Assembly (NCBI GenBank): GCA_040904945.1
Contig: JBBDSM010000134.1
Span: 668-64,667, forward strand
Source of the DNA: Gemmatimonadota bacterium
GTDB lineage: Bacteria; Gemmatimonadota; Gemmatimonadetes; Longimicrobiales; Gaopeijiaceae
Length of the DNA: 64,000 bases
Reading direction: 5' to 3'
Numbering within the stretch: the stretch's first letter is position 1; the number at the start of each line of letters is the position of its first letter. Below are positions 41,205 to 50,365 of the stretch, piece after piece. Below the pieces are notes generated by a model. The model was given only the letters and a program-made list of their open reading frames with translations, was not told where the DNA came from and ran no database searches. The position numbers were made by a program, and so were the translations under genes.

Positions 41205-41833
41205 GCGGGAGTGCTCCGGTCGACAGGGTTCCAATCGTCCGGCCTCGATGTGCCGGCGGCGCCGAGAACATAGAACCTGTGAGGCCAATCCGCCGCCCGT
41301 GACACGCCGACCCGGCCGGACACGCCCACCCTCGCCTCGGGCAGCGGCGTGTCGAGGACCAACACGAGGGGTGATCGGGCGAGATCGTGCCCGTAGAGGG
41401 CGTCGGTGACTCCGAGCGCTTGCGCGAGCCTACCGGGTCCCGCGGCGAGAGGTCTCCGGCTCCCGCGTCGCTCCAGCATCGCCCCTTCCCCCTCGAGCGG
41501 ATCCAGCCCCCGAATCAGGACGGCGCCGCCCCGGCCATCCGGGCCGGACACCACGTTCAGGCACCAGTGGATCCCGTAGCTACGGTAGACGTAGGCGCGC
41601 CCGGGTGGACCGAACATGGCGCGGTTGCGGTCGGTGGGTCCCCCCACCGTGCTGGCGTGGGAGGCAGGGTCGTCCGGACCGCCGTAGGCTTCCGTCTCGA
41701 CGATCAAGCCGGCCGTGCGCACCCCCCCGACGGTGGAGATCAACCGGCACCCCAGGAGGGCGCGCGCCAACTCTACGGGGGGACGATCGCAAAACGCCCG
41801 GACGGAGGAGCTCCGTCCGGGCGTTGCGGCCAT
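41201..41833 (-). CDS. mpg: DNA-3-methyladenine glycosylase (AAG/Mpg family)
   Basis: LARALLGC.L....G..TAGLIVETEAYGGPDDPASHA and GRAYVYRSYGIHWCLNVV. The start is ATG 41833 within the 292-aa track ORF. Confidence 0.9.
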   Translation of the reverse strand: MAATPGRSSSVRAFCDRPPVELARALLGCRLISTVGGVRTAGLIVETEAYGGPDDPASHASTVGGPTDRNRAMFGPPGRAYVYRSYGIHWCLNVVSGPDGRGGAVLIRGLDPLEGEGAMLERRGSRRPLAAGPGRLAQALGVTDALYGHDLARSPLVLVLDTPLPEARVGVSGRVGVSRAADWPHRFYVLGAAGTSRPDDWNPVDRSTPA

Positions 41834-41852
41834 CTTTGCGGCTTTGCCGGCC

Positions 41853-43676
41853 TCAGCCGGATCCAGCACGAGAAGCGGTCCGCCGCTCGTAGTCTTCGGT
41901 CCAGGCTTCGAGCACCTGTTCGCCGCGCCGACCCGGTACGGCGTCTCGAACGACGGCCGGATCGTCCCGGAGGACGGTGAAGACGTCGGTGCCGAAGCGC
42001 TCGACAAGCGTCTCGGCCGTCTTCTCTCCGACGCCCTTGTACCGGTGAGCCATGTATCGGACGACCGCATCCGGGTCACTCGGAAGACCGAGGGCCTTCA
42101 GGTCGATCGGGGCTCCCGTGGTGGCCCGACCGGACGAGGGCTGTCCGCCGGACGGCGCATCCGAAGTCGACCGGGCCGGAGCCTCGGCTTTCGTCTCCGC
42201 CTTGCTCGTCGAAGTCGACGGGACCGTCACGGTCTGCCCCTCGAAAAGGGGAACCTCGCCATCGTCGCTGCTGGACCGCCGGCGCGTCGAGCCGCGACGC
42301 GGCCCGAGCTTCTTGGCGCGATCCTGCTTGGGCGGCGCGACCTCGATCACCGTCGGGCCCGACGATTCGGGCTCGGATTGGGCCTGAGCGGGCTCGGACG
42401 GGGCAGGTGCCTCGTCCCGAACCTCATCGGACCGGGACGGGCTCGGCCCGCTACGATCGCGGTCCTCGCCGGACGACGGCGCGGGCTGGGTGCTCCCGGA
42501 AGCCCGCGGCAGCGTGATCTCCGAGGACCCGTTGTCGGTCTTCGTGATCACGATGGCGCCGCGATCTTCGGCTTCCGAGAGGAACTTGCTGAACTTCGGG
42601 AACCCGACGGTCCCCTCGTCGAAGTCCGGGTGCTTCTCGAGAATCTTGCGCTTCACGTCAGAGTCCCGGATGGACTCCCGGCCTTCGCCCACCAGACGCT
42701 CGAGCGTTTCGGTGAGGACGTCGATCGCCGCCTGCACCTGCTCGTCGGTGACCGCGGCGGACTCGCCGCCCTCGGTCCGCGACTCCTGGCTGTCCGAAGG
42801 ACGATCATCACTGCGGTCCCGCCGTCCGCCACGCGGCTTACGGTCCCGCCGTCCGCGACCGTTGTCCGAGCCGGAGGACGTGGAGCGACCACCCCGTCCA
42901 CCACCACGGGCCGGCTCGATCTCGTACTGCCCGTTGTCCATCTTGTTCAGCTTGACCAGGCCGCGCGAGGAAGCCTCGGTGAGGAACTTGCTGAACTTGC
43001 TGAACCCGATGGCACCCTCGTCGAAATTCGGGTCGATCTCCTGCATGACCTGCTTGAGCCGATCCGAGCGCATGACGTCGTCGCGGGACACCATCTTGGC
43101 GATGGCGTCTTTCACCAGCACCCACGGATCGCTCGTTCCGCTCTTGAGGTCCGTCGTCTTCGTCAGCCCGGTGAGGCTCGTATACGAATAGTACTCGTCA
43201 CAGTTCTGAACGAGGATATCCGAGCTGGACTCCTGGATTCCGACGCCGATCACGTACTTTCCGTATTCCTTGAGCTTCAGGACAAGGCTGGAGAAGTCGG
43301 AGTCACCCGTGAGCAGGATGTAAGTCCCGATCTCCGGCCGGATGAAGACGAGCTCGAGCGCGTCGATGGCCATCCGGATGTCGGTCGCGTTCTTCTTGTT
43401 GCTGCCGTAGGCGGGCGCGAAGATGAGGTCGACCGAGGCTTCGGAGAGCGGGACGATGTACTGCGGATAGCGGCGCCAGTCGGCGTAGGCGCGCTGGACG
43501 CTCACCTTGCCCTTGATGACGTCCGAGTCGAGGAGCGTCTTGAGCTCCTTCGAGAGGTCGCTCCGCATGCCCATCGTGACGTTGTCGAAGTCGATGAGAA
43601 GCGCGGCGTGGGGCGAGGATGCCCCGCCGACGACGGATCCCCCCTGATGGGGAGCCTTCATGTACGGTGTGATCAT
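41853..43676 (-). CDS. NYN (LabA-like) nuclease domain protein with two OST-HTH/LOTUS domains and C-terminal HhH-like domain
   Basis: NYN region: ALLIDFDNV...QRAYADW...ATDIRMAIDA...YILLTGDSDFSSLVLKLKEYGKYVIGVG. Two LOTUS-like repeats are present (..IDPNFDEGAIGFSKFSKFLTEA.. and ..HPDFDEGTVGFPKFSKFLSEA..). Low-complexity R/G/S/P linkers separate the domains. The C-terminal YKGVGEKTAETLVERFG is HhH-like. Confidence 0.8.
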   Translation of the reverse strand: MITPYMKAPHQGGSVVGGASSPHAALLIDFDNVTMGMRSDLSKELKTLLDSDVIKGKVSVQRAYADWRRYPQYIVPLSEASVDLIFAPAYGSNKKNATDIRMAIDALELVFIRPEIGTYILLTGDSDFSSLVLKLKEYGKYVIGVGIQESSSDILVQNCDEYYSYTSLTGLTKTTDLKSGTSDPWVLVKDAIAKMVSRDDVMRSDRLKQVMQEIDPNFDEGAIGFSKFSKFLTEASSRGLVKLNKMDNGQYEIEPARGGGRGGRSTSSGSDNGRGRRDRKPRGGRRDRSDDRPSDSQESRTEGGESAAVTDEQVQAAIDVLTETLERLVGEGRESIRDSDVKRKILEKHPDFDEGTVGFPKFSKFLSEAEDRGAIVITKTDNGSSEITLPRASGSTQPAPSSGEDRDRSGPSPSRSDEVRDEAPAPSEPAQAQSEPESSGPTVIEVAPPKQDRAKKLGPRRGSTRRRSSSDDGEVPLFEGQTVTVPSTSTSKAETKAEAPARSTSDAPSGGQPSSGRATTGAPIDLKALGLPSDPDAVVRYMAHRYKGVGEKTAETLVERFGTDVFTVLRDDPAVVRDAVPGRRGEQVLEAWTEDYERRTASRAGSG

Positions 43677-43735
43677 GTGTGTCTTTCTTCGTCTCGTGGA
43701 CATTCTGGTGATGCCGCGAGACCTCCCCACCCGAG

Positions 43736-43757
43736 CCACGATCGCGAACGATCGTGG
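43736..43757 (-). terminator. Perfect 9-bp hairpin with UUCG loop between the acyl-CoA ligase gene and the NYN gene
   Basis: On the minus strand, CCACGATCG-TTCG-CGATCGTGG. There is no U-tract. A second imperfect hairpin, GTCTCGCGG...CCACGAGAC (43691-43722), abuts the NYN ribosome-binding region. Confidence 0.3.
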
Positions 43758-43811
43758 GTCCGGTCGGGGAAGCCCTTGGGCGCGCTCACCATGAGCGCGG
43801 CGGCCCCGGGG

Positions 43812-45416
43812 TCAGGACGAATGGCGTTCCGCCTTGATCCGGCGGGTCAACTCGCCCCGTTGCAGCTTACCCGTATCCGTACGGGGGAGCTCGTCCCAGA
43901 ACTGAACGAGATCCGGGACTTTGGCCTCCGCGAGTGTTTCACGGCACCAGTCGAGGATCTCGGGCTCCGACACGATCGCACCCTCGACGGGCACGACGCA
44001 GGCACAAATGGCTTCACCGAGCAGTGAGTCCGCGATCCCGAGGACTGCGACCTCCCTCACCGCGGGGTGGGACTCGATTCGAGCCTCGACCTCCCGCGGA
44101 TACACGTTGAATCCAGATCGTATGATAACGTCCTTCGTTCGCCCCACCAAATGGAGGTATCCGTCCTCATCGAGGATCCCCAGGTCTCCGGTGAGGAGGA
44201 AGCCGTCGGCGTCGAAGGCGCCGGTCGTCTCGCGCGGCTGCCGATAGTAGCCGCGCATGACTCCCGGCCCCTTGATACGGATCTGCCCCACGCTCTCGAC
44301 CGGGAGTGGGTCACCTCCCGGGCCGAGGATCCGGATCTCGGTGCCGGGAACCGGGCGCCCCACGGTGAACCGTCTCTTCTCGTCCGAATCGGTAGGGCGG
44401 GTCATGGTGGCGGTCGAGGCGGTCTCCGTGAGGGAGTACGCCGTCACCACCGAGACGTCGAAGCGCTCGCCGAGGTCGTCGATGAGCTCGTCACCCACCG
44501 GAGCCCCCGCGATGAGGGCGAGCCGCAGCGACGTAAGGTCCCTCGGGTCCTTACGCTGCTCCTCCAACTCGGCTACGAAGAGCGTCGGGATACCGTAGTG
44601 CACGGTAGCGCCCGACCGCTCGATGTCGTCGAGCGTGGCCCCCGCGCTCCCGTCCTCCTGCAGCACGATCGAGGCGCCGGACAGGAGGGTCGACAAGAGG
44701 CCCGGGGCGAGCCCGAAGACGTGGAAGAGCGCGGACACCCCGATCACGCGGTCCTCGGCCGTGAGCTCCAACCCCCGGGCGGTCCCGTCGGCGGCGGCGA
44801 GCAAGTTGGCGTGCGAAAGCTCGACGGCCTTCGCCTTCCCCATCGTTCCCGACGTGTACACGAAGGCGAACGTGTCGTCCGCGGCCGAGCGATCGTCGCC
44901 GGACATCGGGGCGTAGTCGCGTCCAGCCCCGGCCGACAAGAGATCTTCGTACTGGAAGATCCGGTCGTCGTACCAGAGGTCCTCCTCGCCGACGGTCACC
45001 ACGTACTGGAGCTCCGGCAGCTGCGGCATGAGATCCTCGAAGATCTCCAGGTAGTCCAGACCGAACGCCCGCTCGATGGTCACCGCCAGCGAGGCGCCGG
45101 ACTGCCTGAGCATGTACTGCAGGTCGACGACGGACGCCTTCGGACTCAAGGGGACGACGACCGCCCCCAGCTTGGCCGCGGCGAACATCGAGACCACGAA
45201 CTCGGGACGCGGAGGGAGCACGAGCGCGATCCGGTCGCCGGCCTGAACCCCCAGATTCGCCCAAGCCGCAGCGAGGGATTCGGCGTCGGAGTCGACCCGC
45301 CCCACCGGAATCTCGTCGTCCTGGAAGTGAAGGTAGACACGACCGGGATCGGTCGTCGCGGTGTGCGCGAGAAGGGACGCGAGAGTCGAATCGCTGATGC
45401 GCTCGCTGAGCGCCAT
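43812..45416 (-). CDS. AMP-dependent acyl-CoA synthetase/ligase
   Basis: YTSGTMGKAKAVELSHANL plus TGD and GYL motifs. ATG 45416 is preceded by GGAGG with a 5-nt spacer. The 969-aa track ORF is an artefactual extension across aroB. Confidence 0.9.
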   Translation of the reverse strand: MALSERISDSTLASLLAHTATTDPGRVYLHFQDDEIPVGRVDSDAESLAAAWANLGVQAGDRIALVLPPRPEFVVSMFAAAKLGAVVVPLSPKASVVDLQYMLRQSGASLAVTIERAFGLDYLEIFEDLMPQLPELQYVVTVGEEDLWYDDRIFQYEDLLSAGAGRDYAPMSGDDRSAADDTFAFVYTSGTMGKAKAVELSHANLLAAADGTARGLELTAEDRVIGVSALFHVFGLAPGLLSTLLSGASIVLQEDGSAGATLDDIERSGATVHYGIPTLFVAELEEQRKDPRDLTSLRLALIAGAPVGDELIDDLGERFDVSVVTAYSLTETASTATMTRPTDSDEKRRFTVGRPVPGTEIRILGPGGDPLPVESVGQIRIKGPGVMRGYYRQPRETTGAFDADGFLLTGDLGILDEDGYLHLVGRTKDVIIRSGFNVYPREVEARIESHPAVREVAVLGIADSLLGEAICACVVPVEGAIVSEPEILDWCRETLAEAKVPDLVQFWDELPRTDTGKLQRGELTRRIKAERHSS

Positions 45417-45559
45417 GGCACCTCCTGCCGGCGTACGTGGGGAAAGGGTGAACATATGCCTCACCGCATGGGCTCGCCAACGATTCCGGCCGTACCGGCG
45501 ATCGCGGGGCTCACCTTTCGAGTAGACACCGATCCTGCTCGAACCGCTTAACAGCGCGA

Positions 45560-46669
45560 CTAGACGGCGGCAAGCCGGGCGGAGAGCGCTTCCAGGACGA
45601 GCCGGTCGGGCACGTCGTGGGTCCATCCATCTCCGGGGTCCGCCTCGCCCAAGCTCCGCAGGAGGACGTAGCGAGGTCGCCCTCCCCGGGTCTTTTTGTC
45701 GGTAGCCAAGTAGCCGACCACCCGCTCGGCGTCGAGAGCGGGGAGCGCCGGCAGGCCCAACCCGTCCAGCCCGGCCTCGAGAAGTGCCCGAGTGCCGGAC
45801 TCGGTGATCCCGAGGGCTTCGCCCACTTCGGCCTCCAGAAGCATGCCGACGGCAACCGCGGTGCCGTGTCCGACCGCGAAGTCGGACGCCGCTTCGATGG
45901 CGTGACCGAGTGTGTGCCCGAAGTTGAGCACCTGCCGGAAGCCCCCCTCCCGCTCGTCCGCCTCGACCACACCGGCTTTGAGCTCGACCGACCGGCCCAC
46001 GGCCTCCTGGGCGGCGTCCGGATCCGCATCCAGAAGAGCTGGCAGATTCGACGCCAGTCGGTCGAAGTAGCTCGCGTCGAGCGCCGCACCGTGTTTGAAC
46101 GCCTCGACCAGCCCCTGCGCCCGCTCCTCCGCGGAGAGGGTGGTGAGCACCGCCGGGTCCGCCACCACGAGGGCCGGCGCGTGGAACGCGCCAACCAGAT
46201 TCTTGCCGTGCGGCACATCGACCCCTGTCTTCCCCCCGACCGACGCGTCGATCATGGCCAGATAGCTCGTCGGCACCTGCACCACCGGCACGCCCCTCAT
46301 GAACGTGGCCGCGACGAAACCCGCGAGATCGGTCGTAACACCGCCGCCGACGGCGACGATGGCGGAATCCCTTCCGAAGCCGGCTTCCAGAAGGCCGTCG
46401 GTCAGGGATGTCCACGACTCCCGGGTCTTGTGCGCCTCCCCTTCCGGAAAGACGAAGAGCCGGGCATCGAGGCCGTCCCGCTCCAACGCCGCCCCCACCG
46501 ACTCGCCGTGCAGCGGGGCCACCCGGCTGTCGGAGATGACGGCGTAGCGGAAGGCCGGGGCGCGGGACCGGAGGAGCTCCGGCAACCCGTCGAGGGCGCC
46601 CACGGCAACCACGACGTCGTAGCTCCCGGACCGGGCGCCGACCGACACCGTCAGATCGCGGGGACTCAT
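45560..46669 (-). CDS. aroB: 3-dehydroquinate synthase
   Basis: 369 aa. GGGVTTDLAGFVAATFMRGVP, DASVGGKTGV and NFGHTLGHAIE. Confidence 0.95.
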   Translation of the reverse strand: MSPRDLTVSVGARSGSYDVVVAVGALDGLPELLRSRAPAFRYAVISDSRVAPLHGESVGAALERDGLDARLFVFPEGEAHKTRESWTSLTDGLLEAGFGRDSAIVAVGGGVTTDLAGFVAATFMRGVPVVQVPTSYLAMIDASVGGKTGVDVPHGKNLVGAFHAPALVVADPAVLTTLSAEERAQGLVEAFKHGAALDASYFDRLASNLPALLDADPDAAQEAVGRSVELKAGVVEADEREGGFRQVLNFGHTLGHAIEAASDFAVGHGTAVAVGMLLEAEVGEALGITESGTRALLEAGLDGLGLPALPALDAERVVGYLATDKKTRGGRPRYVLLRSLGEADPGDGWTHDVPDRLVLEALSARLAAV

Positions 46670-47949
46670 CGGTCAGGCGCACCGACGCGAAACGTGAGAT
46701 CGAGCCCGTCCACGGGGCCAACGGTCAGGACGGCCCCAGCGCGGCCTTCGACGGTAGCGGGCCGAAGCGCGGCATCAGCGCCGAAACGGTCCATGGCGGC
46801 AACGAACCCCTCCACGAAGCGGTCGCGCGCCGGCTCGTCGTCCCAGACCGAGACCCAGATCAGAGCCGCGTCACCGCCCGAGGCCGGCTCGACCAACGCG
46901 TACCGGTCCCCACCCCACCCCTCGGCCAATCCGGCAGCCTCCGCACCCACATGTGTCTCGACCAGGACCTGGAGCTCGAGACGCCCGAGCACGTCTTCGT
47001 GCAGGACATCACCGCCAACGACATCGATGCGCATGTCCATGGGGGGATCGTCCAGCCGTCCCTCCATGACCTGTTCCGTGGACGCGGGGAGCCACTCGCC
47101 GAACGGGGCCACGCGACCCTCGGTCGACCATAGCCCCTGCACGAAGCCGGCCCCCTGCACGTACGGGAAGAGCAACGAGCGCCGGATGACGGCCGGGGCG
47201 CCCGCGAGCGCCGGGAACTGCGCCTCCATGCCGTCCACGGCGGGGAGGAGGTGATCGGCGATGCCCGGCACCGAGGCGAGGTCGACCGCCTGCCCCGTCA
47301 TCCGCTCCATCATGAACTCCAGCATCACCAGCGTGGCATGCCCTTCGACGGCGGCGTGGGCCGCGGCCGCGCGATCGTTCCCGAGATCGGCCGACGTGAG
47401 GGCGTCGAGGTCGGCGGTCTGGTCCTGAACCGCATGGACGAGCTCGTGGAGGAGCAGGCTCTCGAGCGCCTCCCGGGGTTGATCCTCCATGACGAAGAGC
47501 GCCGTGGAGTCGGGCTCGTAGAATCCGGCGACCTGCTCCGTGTACAGATCGAGCAGGAGGCCGCGCAGGTCGAGATCGGGCTCGACCAGGCCGAGCATGG
47601 CATAGACGCGAACGGTCTGACGCGCCTCGTCGGCCGACAGCTCCTCGTCCAGCTTGTGGCGGAGGTATGCGACGAGCTCGGAGCGGCTCCTCCGCTCGAT
47701 CCGGACCGGCTCGACGAGCTCCATGCTCGCGCGCGCCGCGAGGCCCGGAAGGATCTCGGCCGCGAGCGATCGCAGCTCCGGGTCACTCGAGATCACCAGA
47801 TCCGAGCCGGGCTCCTGCGCGTCGCTCGAGCACGCACCCAGGCCCAGAAGCAGGAGCACCGACGCCAGCCGGAGGAATCCGGCCCGCAGGAGCGCGATCG
47901 TCCGCCCATCGCGAAGCTCGCGTCGGTCGGTCCGGGGCTCGGTGGTCAT
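46666..47949 (-). CDS. Putative HExxH zinc-metalloprotease lipoprotein
   Basis: ATG 47949 is preceded by AGGAGA. The lipobox is LGLGAC. LLLHELVHAVQD is followed by AVEGHATLVM (gluzincin-like third ligand). Its stop overlaps the aroB start (ATGA). Confidence 0.7.
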   Translation of the reverse strand: MTTEPRTDRRELRDGRTIALLRAGFLRLASVLLLLGLGACSSDAQEPGSDLVISSDPELRSLAAEILPGLAARASMELVEPVRIERRSRSELVAYLRHKLDEELSADEARQTVRVYAMLGLVEPDLDLRGLLLDLYTEQVAGFYEPDSTALFVMEDQPREALESLLLHELVHAVQDQTADLDALTSADLGNDRAAAAHAAVEGHATLVMLEFMMERMTGQAVDLASVPGIADHLLPAVDGMEAQFPALAGAPAVIRRSLLFPYVQGAGFVQGLWSTEGRVAPFGEWLPASTEQVMEGRLDDPPMDMRIDVVGGDVLHEDVLGRLELQVLVETHVGAEAAGLAEGWGGDRYALVEPASGGDAALIWVSVWDDEPARDRFVEGFVAAMDRFGADAALRPATVEGRAGAVLTVGPVDGLDLTFRVGAPDR

Positions 47950-48127
47950 GTTCTCTCCTGGGCAGGTCGTCGGGTCGGTCCGGCGCCTCGAACGGGCGCC
48001 CGCGTGAGCTTCGCCGCGTGGCGGAGAACGGTCAAGCAATACGCCGTTGGGCGTGACCCGGAACCCACGCTAGCTTGCGTCGTGTAGAAGCTCTGGCACC
48101 CGGCTTGCAATCTCGACGATCGAGGCC

Positions 48128-50365
48128 GTGGGGAGCCGGGAAAATCCAAGAGCATGGGATCGACGGATGGTACGAGCGCAGCCGAAGGACAGCGAAGGCG
48201 AGAAGGGGCTTCTGGCCCGAGCCCGGGAGCTCGTGCGGCCGGGCCCTATTGCCATGGCCGTGGCATTCATTCTCGCGCTGGGGCTCGGCGGGGCCTGGGG
48301 AAGCTGGCTCAACCTCTGCGCCGGGGACGTCTGCCCGTCCATCGCCCAGATCCAGACCTTCGAGCACGAGCAGACGACGAAGCTCTACGCGTTCGACGGT
48401 CACGAGCTCGGTGAGCTCGGCTTCGAGCGGCGCACGCCGGTTTCGATCAACGCGGTTCCGGAATACGTGGCCCAGGCCGTCATCGCCATCGAGGACACGC
48501 GGTTCTACGCCCACGGGGGCTTCGATCCGCGCGGCATCGCCCGGGCCGTCTGGGGCGTCCTCACCTTCCGGAATCTCGGCGGCGGCAGCACGATCACCCA
48601 GCAGCTCGCCCGCAACATGTTCGACGAGATCGGCTTCGAGCGACGCTACATCCGTAAGCTGCGGGAACTCCAGGTCGCTCTCGATCTCGAGCAGGCGTAT
48701 ACGAAGGACCAGATCCTCGAAGGGTACCTGAACGAGATCTACATGGGCCGTGGCTACGGCTTTCAGAACGCGGCCCGGAACTACCTCGGCAAGAACGTCG
48801 CGGACATCAACGTCGCGGAAGCGGCCCTCCTGGCCGCGATCCTGAACGTGCCCGCCCGTTACAACCCGTTTCGATATCCCGATCGCGCCGAAGCCCGTCG
48901 GAACCTCGTTCTGTCGCGCATGGCCGATGAGGGCTACTTGAGCGCCGAGGAGGCGGAACGGTGGAAGGAGTGGCCCCTGCCGGACGAGGAGCCGGAAGGC
49001 GGGGCCCAGACCCAGGCGCCCTACTTCGAGGAGTGGGTCCGCCAGATCCTCGACTCCCGGTTCGGCGATGCCATCTACCGCAATGGCTATCGTGTCTACA
49101 CGACCTTGGACGTCGACATGCAGCGGGCGGCCAGGCAGGCGATGGACGAAGGGTGGCGCGAGATCGAGGCCGATTCCGTGAACTTCCGGCATCCCCGCTA
49201 TGCCGACTTCGATACCGTCCAGTCGTTCCCGGGCTCCACGCCGTACCTCCAGGGGGCGTTCGTGGCGCTCGATCCGGAGACGGGTCACGTGCGGGCGCTG
49301 ATCGGCGGAAGGGACTACCAGCAGTCCCGCTTCGATCGAGCCCGTCAGGCCGAGCGGCAGGCCGGCTCGGCGTTCAAGCCGTTCGTGTACACCGCGGCGA
49401 TCGCGACGGGGATTCCGGCGTCGCACATCGTCGTCGACGCGCCGGTCGTGTACCCACAGGTGAACGACGAAGACTGGCGCCCCTCGAACTTCACCAGGGA
49501 GTTCCAGGGCCCGATGACGATCCGCGAGGGGCTGTACAGTTCGATCAACATGATCGCCATCAAGCTCGGCTGGGAAGAGGTCGGCATCGAGACGGTCGCG
49601 CAGACGGCTCGTCGCATGGGAATCCAGACCGAGATCGGGCGCCTGCCTTCGACGACGATCGGCGCGTCATCCGTCATACCGCTCCAGATGACCGAAGCAT
49701 ACGCGTCCTTCCCCAACCTCGGTACGAAGGTCCGCCCCTTCCCCATCCTCAGGGTCGAGGACCAGAACGGGAACGTCGTCTGGGAACCGCAGCCCGAGCG
49801 GACCGAGGTGCTGGACAGCCTCTCGGCTCGCATCATGGTTTCGATGCTCGAGGACGTGGTCGTCCGTGGCACGGCCTACACCGCGGTGCGCCTTCGGGCC
49901 GGTCTACCCCGTGAAATTCCGGCCGCGGGTAAGACCGGAACGACCAACGACGGGACCAACGTCTGGTTCGCGGGCTTCACGCCCGACCTGGTGGCGACGG
50001 TCTGGTTCGGCATGGACACGCCCATCCCCATCTTCCGACGCGAAGGAGCGACCCGTCAGGCGACAGGCGGTGGGCTCGCCGCACCCGTCTGGGGATCGTT
50101 CATGCGGCGGGTGTACCTCGGCGCGGAGACGGACGCGGACGCCGGCATCGAGGGATTCGAGCCTATCCTGCCGACGCCGGAACTTTGGTCCATGCCCGAC
50201 GGTTTGAACGCGGTGCTGGTGGACCGGGAGACGGGTCAACTCGCATCGCGCTGGTGCGCGGAAGAGGATCAGTACCTCGAGTACTACGTGCCCGGGACCG
50301 AGCCGACCGAGTTCTGCGACCGTTCGAATCGGCGGTTCCGCATCCCGCGAGTGCCGGGGCGCTAG
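48128..50365 (+). CDS. mrcA: Class A penicillin-binding protein (PBP1A)
   Basis: GT51 motifs EDTRFYAHGGFD and GGSTITQQLARN. Transpeptidase motifs SAFKPFVY (SxxK) and KTGTTND. An alternative start is ATG 48167. Confidence 0.95.
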   Translation: MGSRENPRAWDRRMVRAQPKDSEGEKGLLARARELVRPGPIAMAVAFILALGLGGAWGSWLNLCAGDVCPSIAQIQTFEHEQTTKLYAFDGHELGELGFERRTPVSINAVPEYVAQAVIAIEDTRFYAHGGFDPRGIARAVWGVLTFRNLGGGSTITQQLARNMFDEIGFERRYIRKLRELQVALDLEQAYTKDQILEGYLNEIYMGRGYGFQNAARNYLGKNVADINVAEAALLAAILNVPARYNPFRYPDRAEARRNLVLSRMADEGYLSAEEAERWKEWPLPDEEPEGGAQTQAPYFEEWVRQILDSRFGDAIYRNGYRVYTTLDVDMQRAARQAMDEGWREIEADSVNFRHPRYADFDTVQSFPGSTPYLQGAFVALDPETGHVRALIGGRDYQQSRFDRARQAERQAGSAFKPFVYTAAIATGIPASHIVVDAPVVYPQVNDEDWRPSNFTREFQGPMTIREGLYSSINMIAIKLGWEEVGIETVAQTARRMGIQTEIGRLPSTTIGASSVIPLQMTEAYASFPNLGTKVRPFPILRVEDQNGNVVWEPQPERTEVLDSLSARIMVSMLEDVVVRGTAYTAVRLRAGLPREIPAAGKTGTTNDGTNVWFAGFTPDLVATVWFGMDTPIPIFRREGATRQATGGGLAAPVWGSFMRRVYLGAETDADAGIEGFEPILPTPELWSMPDGLNAVLVDRETGQLASRWCAEEDQYLEYYVPGTEPTEFCDRSNRRFRIPRVPGR

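Noticed and set aside
41715-44027. A very long ORF (770 aa) on the strand opposite the NYN/LOTUS and acyl-CoA ligase genes. Similar antisense ORFs occur at 1074-2897, 8796-10709, 11104-12723, 20401-21885, 22245-23471, 38378-39847, 39873-41273, 44067-45551, 45617-47254 and 48032-49426.
   Set aside because: These are typical shadow ORFs of a high-GC genome. Their translations are Arg/Pro/Gly/Ala-rich and low in complexity. Each lies opposite a gene with clear conserved motifs. None shows recognisable domains.
45500-45559. A GGTTCGAGC T-loop-like string on the minus strand, considered as a possible tRNA in the aroB / acyl-CoA ligase spacer.
   Set aside because: No flanking T-stem, acceptor-stem or anticodon-arm pairing could be drawn. 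No other intergenic spacer of 100 nt or more looked tRNA-like either.
45417-46721. The 969-aa track ORF (43812-46721) suggests a giant fusion protein covering the acyl-CoA ligase and the aroB region.
   Set aside because: The upstream 430 residues are Arg/Gly/Pro junk in a frame overlapping the well-supported aroB. A strong GGAGG precedes ATG 45416, where the AMP-binding protein sequence begins.
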